NCBI GenBank assembly: GCA_964384105.1
Contig: CAYLJV010000001.1
Span: forward strand, 128,001 to 192,000
From: Candidatus Hadarchaeota archaeon
GTDB lineage: Archaea; Hadarchaeota; Hadarchaeia; Hadarchaeales; JAGGTB01
DNA length: 64,000 bases
Direction of reading: 5' to 3'
Shown: piece after piece, positions 21,282-31,214 of the stretch
Layout of the letters: each line of letters begins with the position of its first letter
How positions within the stretch are numbered: position 1 is the first letter of the stretch
Notes under the pieces: generated by a model
What the model was told of the DNA's origin: nothing
What the model saw: the letters and a program-made list of their open reading frames with translations, nothing else
Databases searched by the model: none
Position numbers and translations under genes: made by a program

Positions 21282-23007
21282 TCAGTAATTCTCCTATCGG
21301 GCCGAGGGCGAGAGATGGTAGGAAAATTAGTCCTCCTATTATTACCATAACACCTATGAAAAGTACCAAAAAGGAGATGCTTTCTATTTTCAAAGTTCCT
21401 TCTGTTTCTGGTCTAATCTTCTTGCTCGCTAGAGATCCAGCTATTATTATCTGGCCTGTTATTGGCAGATATCGACCGAGGAGAATTTGAATACCATTCG
21501 TTAGGTTATAGAAAATACTATTGTCAACAAGCCCTTCAAAACCACTCCCATTATTAGCCGAAGCCGAGAACATTTCATACAGTATCTCAGCAAAACCTCT
21601 GAATCCGGGGTTACTGATCGCTTCTTTCCCGATATCCGTAATGACGGCCAGGGAAGTAGGAATCAGCACGAGAGTGGGTAATAGCAATATTATCAGGGCA
21701 GCAATTTTTATTTCAGTCCATTCGATCCGTTTCCCCAGATATTGGGGTGCACGCCCGATCATCAGACCTGCTATAAAAACAGCGAGGAATAGATAAGTCA
21801 TTAGATTGAGAAGTCCAACTCCTAGTCCATTATAGAGGCAATTCATGCTCATTCCAAGGAAAAGCGGAAGTGTACCTTGTGCAGTGTAACTGTTATGCAT
21901 ACTGTTTACTGCACCATTGGTGGTAGAAGTGGTGGAAACACCCCAGAGGGCACTCATAACCGGCCCGAAACGGACCTCCTTGCCTTCCATGTTACCGTGA
22001 AGTTGAACAACTCTGCCATTCTCAGTGACAACGTTAACCCCTGGATTAGGCTGGAGTTCTCCGTTTATACCAACGAAAAGGAGTCCTAGGAAAAGTACAA
22101 AGAAGGCACCTATGAGAACTGCCGAATGCCATCTCTTGCCAATCCATATTCCAAAGGCATATATTACGGAGATAGGAGCTGCCAGTAGGAATAGGTTAAG
22201 GATTAAATTAGAGAGCACGGTAGGGTTTTCGAAGGGGTGAGCTGCATTTGCAGCGAAGTATCCACCTCCATTAGTTCCAAAAATCTTTATTGATTCTATG
22301 CCCGCAACTGGGCCAATTCTTATTGCCTGTTCTCCTCCTTCGATCGAATTTAAAGCTACTTGTCCACCAAAAGTCTGGGGCACTCCCTGGGAAACCAAAA
22401 ATACCCCCAGTATTATGGCTATCGGAATAAGAAAGCGTACTGATCCCCTTATTAGGTTGGTGTAGAAGTTACCAAGATCGTCGTTTTCCTCGTTCAAAAG
22501 ACCCTTTGTAAAACCAACTGCGAGACTGAGTCCTGTGGCCGCGGACATGAACATCGCCAGTCCAACACCGAACAACTGACTGAAATAAGATAGACTCTCT
22601 CCGGCGTAATGTTGCTGATTAGTGTTAGTTACAAAAGTGGAAGCTGTATGAAATGCTTGATGCCAGCTCATTCCGTCTAGATTGAGTGGATTTAGAGGTA
22701 GAATACCCTGAAAACGGAAAATAAAAATTAATAGCGTAAATAAAACTGCGTTAAATACGAACAAAGAAACAAGATATTTCCGCCAGTCCATGCCTTCGTC
22801 AGGGTCGACACCAATCAATTTGTAAATAAGGTTCTCTAATGGAGAGAAAATTCGATTCAATTTTTTGATCCAACTGAGCCAAGATGGAAGGGAACCCTTA
22901 CTGTTCGTTTGGTCTCTAAATATCCAAGCAAGATATTCTCCAAGGAAGTATATTAGAGCTAATAGAAAAACCAAGAAAAATAGTATTTGGAATATCACAC
23001 CGAACAT
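21268..23007 (-). CDS. kdpA: K+-transporting ATPase subunit A
   Basis: [34 protein letters not shown]. Confidence 0.97.
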   Translation of the reverse strand: MFGVIFQILFFLVFLLALIYFLGEYLAWIFRDQTNSKGSLPSWLSWIKKLNRIFSPLENLIYKLIGVDPDEGMDWRKYLVSLFVFNAVLFTLLIFIFRFQGILPLNPLNLDGMSWHQAFHTASTFVTNTNQQHYAGESLSYFSQLFGVGLAMFMSAATGLSLAVGFTKGLLNEENDDLGNFYTNLIRGSVRFLIPIAIILGVFLVSQGVPQTFGGQVALNSIEGGEQAIRIGPVAGIESIKIFGTNGGGYFAANAAHPFENPTVLSNLILNLFLLAAPISVIYAFGIWIGKRWHSAVLIGAFFVLFLGLLFVGINGELQPNPGVNVVTENGRVVQLHGNMEGKEVRFGPVMSALWGVSTTSTTNGAVNSMHNSYTAQGTLPLFLGMSMNCLYNGLGVGLLNLMTYLFLAVFIAGLMIGRAPQYLGKRIEWTEIKIAALIILLLPTLVLIPTSLAVITDIGKEAISNPGFRGFAEILYEMFSASANNGSGFEGLVDNSIFYNLTNGIQILLGRYLPITGQIIIAGSLASKKIRPETEGTLKIESISFLVLFIGVMVIIGGLIFLPSLALGPIGELLSGGL

Positions 23008-23020
23008 AATTTCTCCTCAA

Positions 23021-23110
23021 TTAGAACTTGGTCGGGTTAAACAGCACGTATGCAAGATAAATTATCAAGAAAACTACAACACCTAGATAAACATAATCAC
23101 CTATTTCCAT
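23021..23110 (-). CDS. kdpF: KdpF small subunit, 29 aa; not in ORF track
   Basis: MEIGDYVYLGVVVFLIIYLAYVLFNPTKF directly upstream of kdpA, with RBS. Confidence 0.88.
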   Translation of the reverse strand: MEIGDYVYLGVVVFLIIYLAYVLFNPTKF

Positions 23111-23347
23111 CCTTCTCCCCTTTATCAAACATTAGGAAACTTCTTTCTTTTTAGTCTCCCAGTTTCTCTTTTTCCTTCTTACATGATATTTGTTTTCCTG
23201 CCCTCAGTTACCAAACAAAAATTTTTGATGAAGAAGTCTTTCTTTTTATTACCTGGTCTTCTACAGGCTTTCATCGAAGATTTTTTTGCCTGATTTGGAT
23301 TCTTACTTCGTCAATCTTTCATACGTCGGTATACATATCATATACCG

Positions 23348-23548
23348 ATGACAACAACTGTTCGTATAGATAAAGAGACTAGAGAACTACTGAAGGAAGC
23401 GGGTAGTAAGGAACAAACTTACAACGATATAATTCGTGAGTTGTTGGAGATGTGGGGAATGTTCATCGAGGACTTGTATTCTATTCTGGAAGAAACCAGG
23501 GAAGAGGATTGGTTGGACACTGACGAGCTCAGGAAGGAACTTAAATGA
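23348..23548 (+). CDS. Small ribbon-helix-helix antitoxin-like protein
   Basis: MTTTVRIDKETRELLK...TYNDIIRELL. Confidence 0.7.
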   Translation: MTTTVRIDKETRELLKEAGSKEQTYNDIIRELLEMWGMFIEDLYSILEETREEDWLDTDELRKELK

Positions 23549-23742
23549 CTGTTCTTTGAAGCCCAATTCTAGAAAGTAACTGGGAAAGCTCGAGAAAGAG
23601 ACACAAACTATGAATAATTAACAAGGTAGAGGAGTTCCACACTAAGGACAGAGGTGACATTTACGTTCTGAGAGTTACTCATTGGAAACATGCGTACCGT
23701 GAGGATGTTATAAGTGCTCTTCGGGGAAAAATCGACAGATGA
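23545..23742 (+). pseudogene. Degraded RelE-like toxin
   Basis: Fragments LKPNSRK*LGKLEKETQ and DIYVLRVTHWKHAYR, with stops; start overlaps the antitoxin stop (ATGA). Confidence 0.5.
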
Positions 23743-23861
23743 TGATTCTTGTTTTTTGTAAATCTCTAAATTTTTCTTTAACGGTAAGATTGTTGAATAA
23801 AGAGTAAGTAGACTTTTAGTAAAACTTAATAATTTTGTAAACATATTTGTTTACAGATACT

Positions 23862-24074
23862 ATGCCACAAGTTCAAGTAAGAGTTTCGGATGAAATGATG
23901 AAAACTCTTGATGAGTGGATCAAGGCTGGTAAATACAAGAGCAGGAGTGATGCTATTAGAACTGTTCTAGCTAAACACGAAGAGAGGGAAAAAACTCGTG
24001 AGTTCTACGAAATGTTGATTAAGAGAAGTAAAGAATCTAAGGGACACCCTGAGAAGCTTGTTTTTTTGGAGTAA
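23862..24074 (+). CDS. CopG/RHH antitoxin
   Basis: VQVRVSDEM...GKYKSRSDAIR; directly upstream of a RelE gene. Confidence 0.8.
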   Translation: MPQVQVRVSDEMMKTLDEWIKAGKYKSRSDAIRTVLAKHEEREKTREFYEMLIKRSKESKGHPEKLVFLE

Positions 24075-24079
24075 TCTCT

Positions 24080-24346
24080 ATGGGGTTCGAAGTCTTGTTG
24101 CATCCAAAGGCAAATGAATTTCTCGTGAAATCAGATAATGATCTTCAGTATCGTATCAAAGATAAGCTAAAAAAGCTAGGTTCAAATCCCAGAAGAGGAA
24201 AAAAGTTAGTACATTCAGACTTCTGGAGGTTAAGAATTGGAAATTATCGTGCAATATATGAAATTGATCAAAATGAGGAGGAGGTTGTAATTTTGTTCAT
24301 AGGGCATAGAAAGGACGTCTACGATGATTTCTCGAGACTAATCTAG
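24080..24346 (+). CDS. RelE/ParE family toxin
   Basis: LHPKA...WRLRIGNYRAIY...IGHRKDVY. Confidence 0.9.
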   Translation: MGFEVLLHPKANEFLVKSDNDLQYRIKDKLKKLGSNPRRGKKLVHSDFWRLRIGNYRAIYEIDQNEEEVVILFIGHRKDVYDDFSRLI

Positions 24347-24602
24347 TTTGGGTTTTCCATGTAGAAATAATTTTTCCACTTCAATTAAGAAGAATTTTTT
24401 AGATTTTCTGTATTATGATTTTATGAATTTAGCTTTTTGTTTAGAAGGACCTTACTTAAATTCTCTTTTATTAATCTCAAAAAAATAATTCATTAATTAG
24501 CTAATCTATATGTGTAGAAAGCCTCTTGAGAGTAATACTAGTGTATAAGGTCATCTCAAAGGTCGAATCCACTTTTCGAAGGGAATAAGATAATTCCACA
24601 TC

Positions 24603-24860
24603 TTATAAATTGCAATTAATCCAATCCTTAAATTTTTGGAAATCCTTGGCACCAGCCTGATCAGCGATACTCCGAAGTGTTCCCGTTCTAATTGACTTGT
24701 GTAACGGAACTATAACAATTCGAACATCATCCTGTTTAGTTGGATGTTCGTAACGAAGCTTCACGTGGCTACCCGTCCGATCCACAACTTGGAATTGGTT
24801 CTTCGTAAGGGCCTTCACTATCTCATGACCAGAAAAATCAGATGATGTCATGTAAACCAA
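24603..24860 (-). CDS. hicA: HicA family toxin
   Basis: RTGSHVKL...VPLH...GTLRSI. Confidence 0.9.
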   Translation of the reverse strand: MVYMTSSDFSGHEIVKALTKNQFQVVDRTGSHVKLRYEHPTKQDDVRIVIVPLHKSIRTGTLRSIADQAGAKDFQKFKDWINCNL

Positions 24861-25163
24861 TTACTGCATAAACTTAGGGAGTACTCTACTGTTCTCGCGG
24901 GTCTTTTTGACCTTATCATGATCAATACCGAGGCTTTTAAGGATCTCTCGCTCCTTCTTAGAAATATCGATAGATTCATTGATCTTTTTCCTGTAGAGTG
25001 TCACTGCCTCATCGAGGTTTTTCAGGGCCGCTTGGCGGGTCTTACCCTGGCTCGCAATACTCGTATCTCCATCCTTTGCAATCCATATGTCATCCTCCTT
25101 CCAGAGAAGGTAAGGAGCTTTCTCGGTCGGATTTTTCAGTCTTGTTGCCATTTCATTTTCCAA
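24861..25163 (-). CDS. hicB: HicB family antitoxin
   Basis: WIA...IASQGKTRQAALKNLDEAV. Confidence 0.85.
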   Translation of the reverse strand: MENEMATRLKNPTEKAPYLLWKEDDIWIAKDGDTSIASQGKTRQAALKNLDEAVTLYRKKINESIDISKKEREILKSLGIDHDKVKKTRENSRVLPKFMQ

Positions 25164-25502
25164 TATCTTTTTCTTACCTATAAAAACCCGTACCTCTGAT
25201 TATTGGTATTTTCCGAAGGAAAGCCCAGGGAATATCTCATTTAAGCTCTTCTTTTTCTCCGTTAATGAGCTCTATTTAAAATACGCTAGAGAATATTAGA
25301 ATCAGGATATACCACACGATGCCAAAAATAACGTGAAGTCGAAATCTGCACCTAAACGAGCTAAACAGCCTCAAGCATATCCCACAGACCATTTAATAAG
25401 TTTTCTCTTAGCCTTTCAAGGTTCTTTAGACTTTTATTAAAGAATTAAAGCTCTTTTTAACTCTTGTTTAAAAATAAAAGGTCCATAGTAAGCTTAAAAG
25501 CA

Positions 25503-25576
25503 AGCCCCGGGTGGGATTTGAACCCACGACCTGCCGCTTACAAGGCGGCCGCTCTTACCAACTGAGCTACCGAGGC
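25503..25576 (-). tRNA. tRNA-Thr(TGT)
   Basis: GCCTCGG acceptor stem, GCCGC-CT-TGT-AA-GCGGC anticodon arm, GGTTCAAATCC T-loop. Confidence 0.95.
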
Positions 25577-25734
25577 ACTATTAGTTTTCTGGTAGTAGTT
25601 GTTTTTCTAATAATGGTTACTACTATTAATGTGCTAATTTTTGTTTTCTAGTAATATGGAATATTGAGTTAAAATCACACGTTTTTAAGTAATATACACT
25701 ACATTTAATAGTTATAACACCGTAATGAAAAATG

Positions 25735-26045
25735 AAAATCGGTGGAGGTGCTGAGAAGACATCAAAAGATCAAAGTTTCAGTTATCACGGTCCCGTCTGG
25801 CTCTGCTTTTTCTCCTTGACTCCGACTGTTAAATAGGCCGGACGGATAAACGCCCTCCTCTACTGAGGATGAAGTTTTTCACCCCCTACTGACTCAGTAA
25901 GGGGGAGCGAACCGCGAGGTTTAGTTTTTAGGAGGCCGGGCGCTGCTGGTAGGTTGTTTTTTCAGTTGGCATCTGAGAGATTCATAAAAAGCCTACCCGC
26001 GAAAGGGTAACATTCCTGGTCTCCTAACGTCGTGGTTCATCAGAG
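25735..26045 (+). ncRNA. Candidate structured ncRNA, copy B (core 25928-26027)
   Basis: Helices 25739-48/25857-66, 25793-802/25836-45 and 25882-905; GNRA hairpin AACC-GCGA-GGTT; core shared with copy A. Confidence 0.62.
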
Positions 26046-26097
26046 CCAATCTTGGAAATATTTTCGAAGATAATTTAACGTTGGGGTAGTCATGTTT

Positions 26098-26778
26098 CTA
26101 TTCTGCCGCTATTGTGCCTTCAGCGAGCTCTACCATTGCCTTCTTTGGTTCTTCTGCTTTTACTACACCTGAGGCGATTAGAATGCCTTCGGCACCCAGT
26201 TCTAAGGCTATTTTCACGTCTTCCCCGTCTGATATCCCTGCCCCACATAGCACATGGACGTCAGGGTCTACCTTCTTAACTTCTTCAACGGTCTCTTCTA
26301 TAATATCAGGACTTACCTTGGAGACGGACCGCCCTGTTCCTATCAGTTCTGGTGGTTCGACGGCCACCATGTCGGGATGAAATTCTGCGACCTTTCGTGC
26401 GATATTGGAGTCTTCGGCGCAAACTATACTAGTGAGACCAGATTCCTTGAGCCTCTCAACTATTTTCTCTATCTCTTCCAGCTCCAACTGTTTTTCCGAG
26501 TGATTTACTAATGAGCCAACTGCTCCGGCCTTTTTGGCGGCTTCGGGTAAGAGAGAACCAGTACCCTGGCCAGGGGTTAGAGGATCGACGTGCTGTGCGT
26601 ACACAGGAACATCCACTTGACTAGTGACCCGATATAGGTCTGCGTATTGAGGGGAAACTCCCACTCCAACTCCTTTTTCTTCTCCAGCTTCAGCTATCGC
26701 TTTCGAAATTTGAACGGATTTTTTCCCTATTCCTTGAGAATAGGCTTTTAGATTTACAATTATTGTCGGAAATTTCAT
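26098..26778 (-). CDS. tpiA: Triosephosphate isomerase, archaeal type
   Basis: VNLKAY, NHSE, AVEPPELIG, LCGAGI. Confidence 0.95.
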   Translation of the reverse strand: MKFPTIIVNLKAYSQGIGKKSVQISKAIAEAGEEKGVGVGVSPQYADLYRVTSQVDVPVYAQHVDPLTPGQGTGSLLPEAAKKAGAVGSLVNHSEKQLELEEIEKIVERLKESGLTSIVCAEDSNIARKVAEFHPDMVAVEPPELIGTGRSVSKVSPDIIEETVEEVKKVDPDVHVLCGAGISDGEDVKIALELGAEGILIASGVVKAEEPKKAMVELAEGTIAAE

Positions 26779-27009
26779 TTTGGATCCATCTAGAAAATGC
26801 CTTGTTGGCTTAAAATGTTTTGCGAAATTTTCTATAGGATATTTTACCATGAATGTATTGATTAAAGAACTGTACAATAACAGTTGGCTTCATTCTGTTG
26901 GAAATTTTATAAAATATAGAATTAAAACCCTATTCCTTATTGATTCTACCGATTTTGGAAAATTTTGAAACGATAACGATTTTTATCTTTTTTGTGATTA
27001 TTTTAAGGA

Positions 27010-27744
27010 ATGATTGGCGAAAGTTTAGTCCTTCTTTGGCTCTCGGTAGCAACTTTGCTGGCGTCGGTAGTGGGAACCTTTACTGGTTTTGGAGTTTCCA
27101 CGATTCTGATTCCTGTATTTCTTCTATTTTTTCCAGTATCTGAAACTTTACTTCTCGTGGGTGTGATACATTGGTTTGGAAATGTCTGGAAATTACTATT
27201 GTTTAGAAAAGGGATAGAATATAGATTAATTTTGCTTTTCGGAGTACCCGGTGTGATATTGAGCTATACAGGTGCTCGATTGTCCTTGGAAATACCTCAG
27301 GCAATTCTGGCAAGAGCCATTGGTCTATTGATAATTTCATACGTTCTGTTCATTTACTTCAAGCCCGATTACGAGCTACCAGAGAATAGGAAGAATGCAC
27401 TTATTGGCGGAACATTGTACGGATTCTCCTCTGGCATTTCTGGTATAGGAGGTGAATTGCGGTCTATGTTTCTAACTTCCTTTCACTTGCCAAAAGCCGT
27501 GTATCTTGCCACTACTGGAGCTATTTCTCTCACCATCGATTCGACTCGTATAGTTACCTACATAGCAGGTGGAACAAGGGTTGGAAGCAACATTATCATT
27601 ACTTTGATGGGCTTGGTTTTGCTTTCTTTAATTGGTGCATACGTAGGGAAGCGTTTTGTAGAAAAAGTTCGAAAACGAAGGTTCAGGATGGTGGTCGTAC
27701 TTTCTCTGCTTCTGGTTTCTCTGAAGCTTTTGCTATTTCCTTGA
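27010..27744 (+). CDS. TauE/SafE (TSUP) family exporter
   Basis: GTFTGFG and GFSSGISGIGG repeats; multiple TM helices. Confidence 0.8.
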   Translation: MIGESLVLLWLSVATLLASVVGTFTGFGVSTILIPVFLLFFPVSETLLLVGVIHWFGNVWKLLLFRKGIEYRLILLFGVPGVILSYTGARLSLEIPQAILARAIGLLIISYVLFIYFKPDYELPENRKNALIGGTLYGFSSGISGIGGELRSMFLTSFHLPKAVYLATTGAISLTIDSTRIVTYIAGGTRVGSNIIITLMGLVLLSLIGAYVGKRFVEKVRKRRFRMVVVLSLLLVSLKLLLFP

Positions 27745-27791
27745 ACTATGTGTTTTCCTTTAGTGCTCTGATTATTGCCTAAGTTGATATA

Positions 27792-27933
27792 TGCCGGGGG
27801 CGGGACTCGAACCCGCGACCTCGCGATTTCCCACATCATCTCGTGGATCAGCACTCACAACCGAGATTAAGAGGCTATGAGTCGCGCGCTACTAACCACC
27901 TGAGCTATCGGGTCCAGTTAAGGATACCCCGGC
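27792..27933 (-). tRNA. Elongator tRNA-Met(CAT) with two introns: 27907-27925 (position 8/9) and 27828-27875 (position 37/38)
   Basis: Removing both inserts at BHB-predicted cut sites gives a normal cloverleaf GCCGGGG-TA-GCTC...CGCGA-CTCATAA-TCGCG...GGTTCGAGTCC...CCCCGGC-A. Confidence 0.9.
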
Positions 27934-28066
27934 TCAGCCCCGGCACATTTGTTTACTATTGGCGTCTCTCTTAAAAGATGCTTTTGTTGTACGATCTTAA
28001 AGTTTCTAAAAGAATGATGATAGTAGTTTTGAATCATTAGATTTGCTTTTTTGGATAAGGATTTTC

Positions 28067-28771
28067 CTATATTTCTTTTAGGACCTTAGAGAATTCTTTC
28101 TTATTTTTAATAATTTTACAACTATCTTCGTATCCGATGAATAGCTGGTCCAACAGGTCTATGAATATTCCATTGTCTATTACTCCTGGAACTTGGTTCA
28201 ACCTCTTTTCCAGTTTTGAAGGTTTTTCAATGATCCCGAAGTCCGCATCTAGTATGTAATTTCCATTATCGGTGACGAATGGCCCGCCAGCTTTAGATTT
28301 TCTTAGTTTCGTCTTGCTACCAAGACTTTCCAAAATTCCAGCTATATAATCATAAGAAAAGGGAATTATCTCAACCGGAACCGGGTTTTTCTCACCTAAA
28401 TTCTTCACAACTTTTGTTTTGTCTACGACTATTGCCACCTTTCTTGCAGCTTTTGCGACTATTTTTTCTCTTGTGTGGGCCCCTCCTCCTCCTTTAATCA
28501 TATCGAGTTCGGGATTTACCTCGTCTGCTCCATCTATAGTCAAATCTAGCTCAATATTCTTTTTCAAGGAAGTCAAATTCAAATTCATTCGATCTGCTAG
28601 TTGTTGAGTTGAAATCGAGGCACATACAAATTCTGCCTTGGATTTCTTTTCACCCAAAATTTTAACCACTTCGGCGAGGGTCGAACCAGAACCAAGGCCC
28701 ACCACCATATTGTCTTCTACCAGTTTGGCGGCTTCCATCGCTGCATTTTTTTTCCATTTTTCTCTTGACAT
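28067..28771 (-). CDS. rpiA: Ribose-5-phosphate isomerase A
   Basis: GLGSGST, DGADEV, IKGGGGA, TDNGN. Confidence 0.96.
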   Translation of the reverse strand: MSREKWKKNAAMEAAKLVEDNMVVGLGSGSTLAEVVKILGEKKSKAEFVCASISTQQLADRMNLNLTSLKKNIELDLTIDGADEVNPELDMIKGGGGAHTREKIVAKAARKVAIVVDKTKVVKNLGEKNPVPVEIIPFSYDYIAGILESLGSKTKLRKSKAGGPFVTDNGNYILDADFGIIEKPSKLEKRLNQVPGVIDNGIFIDLLDQLFIGYEDSCKIIKNKKEFSKVLKEI

Positions 28772-28920
28772 TATTTCATGATTTTCTAGATACTATTGGC
28801 AAATAAATCCTGCTAGTTTTTTGCTTATTTGTAATACTTCCTGTGTAAATGGACTCTCTGAGTTTTGGGGTAATTTTTTAGAAGATAGAGTTAATAAGTC
28901 TAGAAAAGAAAAACGTAAAT

Positions 28921-29469
28921 TTGGAGATAAAAATGGATCGTAGCGTACCTGTTAAAGACTCCATGACGGTAAATGTAATCACGGCCAAACCTAAAGATTC
29001 CGTTACCGAGATTGCGGATATAATGGTAAAAAATGGAATCGGTAGTGTAGTGATTACTAAAGGAGAAAAACCGGTAGGTATCATATGTGAAAGAGATTTA
29101 CTTGATAAGGTTATCTCCTCCGACCTCAAGCCTAGCGAGGTTACTGCTGAGAGTGTTATGGTAACGGATCTGATTACTATCGGTCCTTCTGCCGATATGC
29201 TCGATGCTATGAGGAGAATGATCGATAATGACATTGGTCACCTTCCGGTAATAGAGAATGGCAAGTTGGTTGGCATTGTAACGGTTCAGGATGTATTGGA
29301 AGTTACACCTCAGATTCTCGAGATAATTCCTGAACATGCGGAGATTGAATCCTCCGAGGAATCTATAGAGGAGAGTGTCTGCGAGATTTGTGGTGAAGCC
29401 AGAAAACCGTTAATACAATACGAAGACAAGTGGATTTGTGAAGAATGCCGTGACTTTTTGGTTGGATGA
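28921..29469 (+). CDS. CBS-domain protein with C-terminal Zn ribbon
   Basis: VGIICERD, LVGIVT; CEICG...CEEC. Confidence 0.85.
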   Translation: MEIKMDRSVPVKDSMTVNVITAKPKDSVTEIADIMVKNGIGSVVITKGEKPVGIICERDLLDKVISSDLKPSEVTAESVMVTDLITIGPSADMLDAMRRMIDNDIGHLPVIENGKLVGIVTVQDVLEVTPQILEIIPEHAEIESSEESIEESVCEICGEARKPLIQYEDKWICEECRDFLVG

Positions 29470-30266
29470 TTTTGAAGAGTCCACAAGAGATTTTGAAGTC
29501 GACCAAGGCGGGCAATATCCTAAAAGAGGATTATATTGTTCTATCGCCTTCTGATTTAGCTACTAGAGCGCGGGAAGTTATTAGATCAGAGGAGATTAGA
29601 GTCCTTCCAGTAGTGGAAGACAGGAAACTTAAAGGAGTATTGAGTGCACAGGACCTTCTGAAAATAACTTCTACTAGTTCTAACGTCAAGGTTTCCGGTC
29701 TTATGGAGACTCCGCCTATTTTTGGAACTCCTGATTGGGATCTGGCGGAGTTGTTCGGGAGAGCAGTTGAGTTTGATGTCTACGATATCCCCATAATCGA
29801 AGGTTCTGAGGATAAGACTTTCCGAGGTATGGTAAGGATAGAAAATATTTTGAACGAAATAGTGGATTGTTGTGGAGATGAGCCCAAAGTTGAGGAGATT
29901 ATGACTAGGGAAGTCTTGGTAACCCATCCCGGAAAAAAGTTGTCTAGTGTTTGGAATAAGATGGAGGAAAGCAATATTTCGGGCGTTCCTGTGGCAAAAA
30001 AGGAAAAACCAATAGGGATGATAACTCGCTTGGATATCTTAAAGTTTGGAAAGGCCAGATTGGCCTTAGAATCTGAAGGTGGGAGAGATCCACCTAAAGT
30101 AGAGATCATAATGACTTCTCCTGTGGTGACTGTCGCACCCGAAGACTCAATCGGAAAATCGGTCAAGATCATGAGGGATAATGATATAGGAAGGTTGCCA
30201 GTAACTAAAGACGAAAGATTGATAGGTATAATTGACCGAGAAGATATAATTAGAACTTACTTATGA
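29466..30266 (+). CDS. CBS-domain protein (4 CBS)
   Basis: Repeated LPV...GII/GMI..D motifs. Confidence 0.85.
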   Translation: MILKSPQEILKSTKAGNILKEDYIVLSPSDLATRAREVIRSEEIRVLPVVEDRKLKGVLSAQDLLKITSTSSNVKVSGLMETPPIFGTPDWDLAELFGRAVEFDVYDIPIIEGSEDKTFRGMVRIENILNEIVDCCGDEPKVEEIMTREVLVTHPGKKLSSVWNKMEESNISGVPVAKKEKPIGMITRLDILKFGKARLALESEGGRDPPKVEIIMTSPVVTVAPEDSIGKSVKIMRDNDIGRLPVTKDERLIGIIDREDIIRTYL

Positions 30267-30275
30267 GGTAATATT

Positions 30276-31181
30276 TTGCCAAGACCGCCATCTGCAAGCT
30301 ATAAATCAAGGGACCGAGGCCCCCTCGAGTTCGAATCAAAGCTCCACGAAGAAGAAGGCAATATAATGGATATAGCTAAGAGGGAAGCCGAAATGGTATC
30401 ACCTAGTTTTCCTATAAAAAAGGCTTCCGAGGAGATGGTTAAAAAAGGTATAAGGCGTCTCCCTGTCGTATCGGCTGGAACTGAAAAGTTACAGGGAATG
30501 TTCGTGTCTCGAGACATCGTGGATTTTCTTGGTGGGGGAGAAAAACACCAGATTATCCAAAATAAGCACAAAGGAAATTTTCTTTCGGCTATAAATGATC
30601 CCGTTAAGATTATTATGAATCCCGAAGCTCCTCACACGAGCAATACATCTTCTATATCAGAGGTGGCAAAACTTCTTTACGAAACTGGCGCGGGTGGGGT
30701 CCCTATCTTGGATAAGGAACGTGTTGTGATTGGAATAGTGACTGAAAGAGATTTCGCAGGTTACATGCCGTCTCCGGCCCAAGCTCGAGTGGAGGGTTAC
30801 ATGACCCAAAATGTGGTTACTGCTGATCCAAATCTTTTTCTTATAGATGCAATGAAGAAGATGATTTCCGAGGGTTTCCGTAGATTGCCAATTGTAGAGG
30901 ATGGAGAGTTAGTCGGAATAATAACTTCAGTCGATGTTTTGGATTATTTTGGGTCTAGTGAGGTTTTCAATCATATGGCCAGCGATAATGCGATGGATGC
31001 GATGTCTATCGAGATAAGTGAAATAATGACCGAAGATCCTGTCACTGCTACTCCTGACGATGATTTGGGTGAAGTTGCAAGAGAGATGAGGAAGAGGGGT
31101 TACGGAGGATTACCGGTCATAGAAAACGGAAACTTAGTTGGAATTATAACTGAAAGAGACATCTTGGAGATCCTACTTTAA
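30276..31181 (+). CDS. CBS-domain protein (4 CBS)
   Basis: RRLPVV, GIVTERD, GIITERD. Confidence 0.85.
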   Translation: MPRPPSASYKSRDRGPLEFESKLHEEEGNIMDIAKREAEMVSPSFPIKKASEEMVKKGIRRLPVVSAGTEKLQGMFVSRDIVDFLGGGEKHQIIQNKHKGNFLSAINDPVKIIMNPEAPHTSNTSSISEVAKLLYETGAGGVPILDKERVVIGIVTERDFAGYMPSPAQARVEGYMTQNVVTADPNLFLIDAMKKMISEGFRRLPIVEDGELVGIITSVDVLDYFGSSEVFNHMASDNAMDAMSIEISEIMTEDPVTATPDDDLGEVAREMRKRGYGGLPVIENGNLVGIITERDILEILL

Positions 31182-31214
31182 TTTTCGAGAGTTAACTACC
31201 TTTGGTGAGATAAT

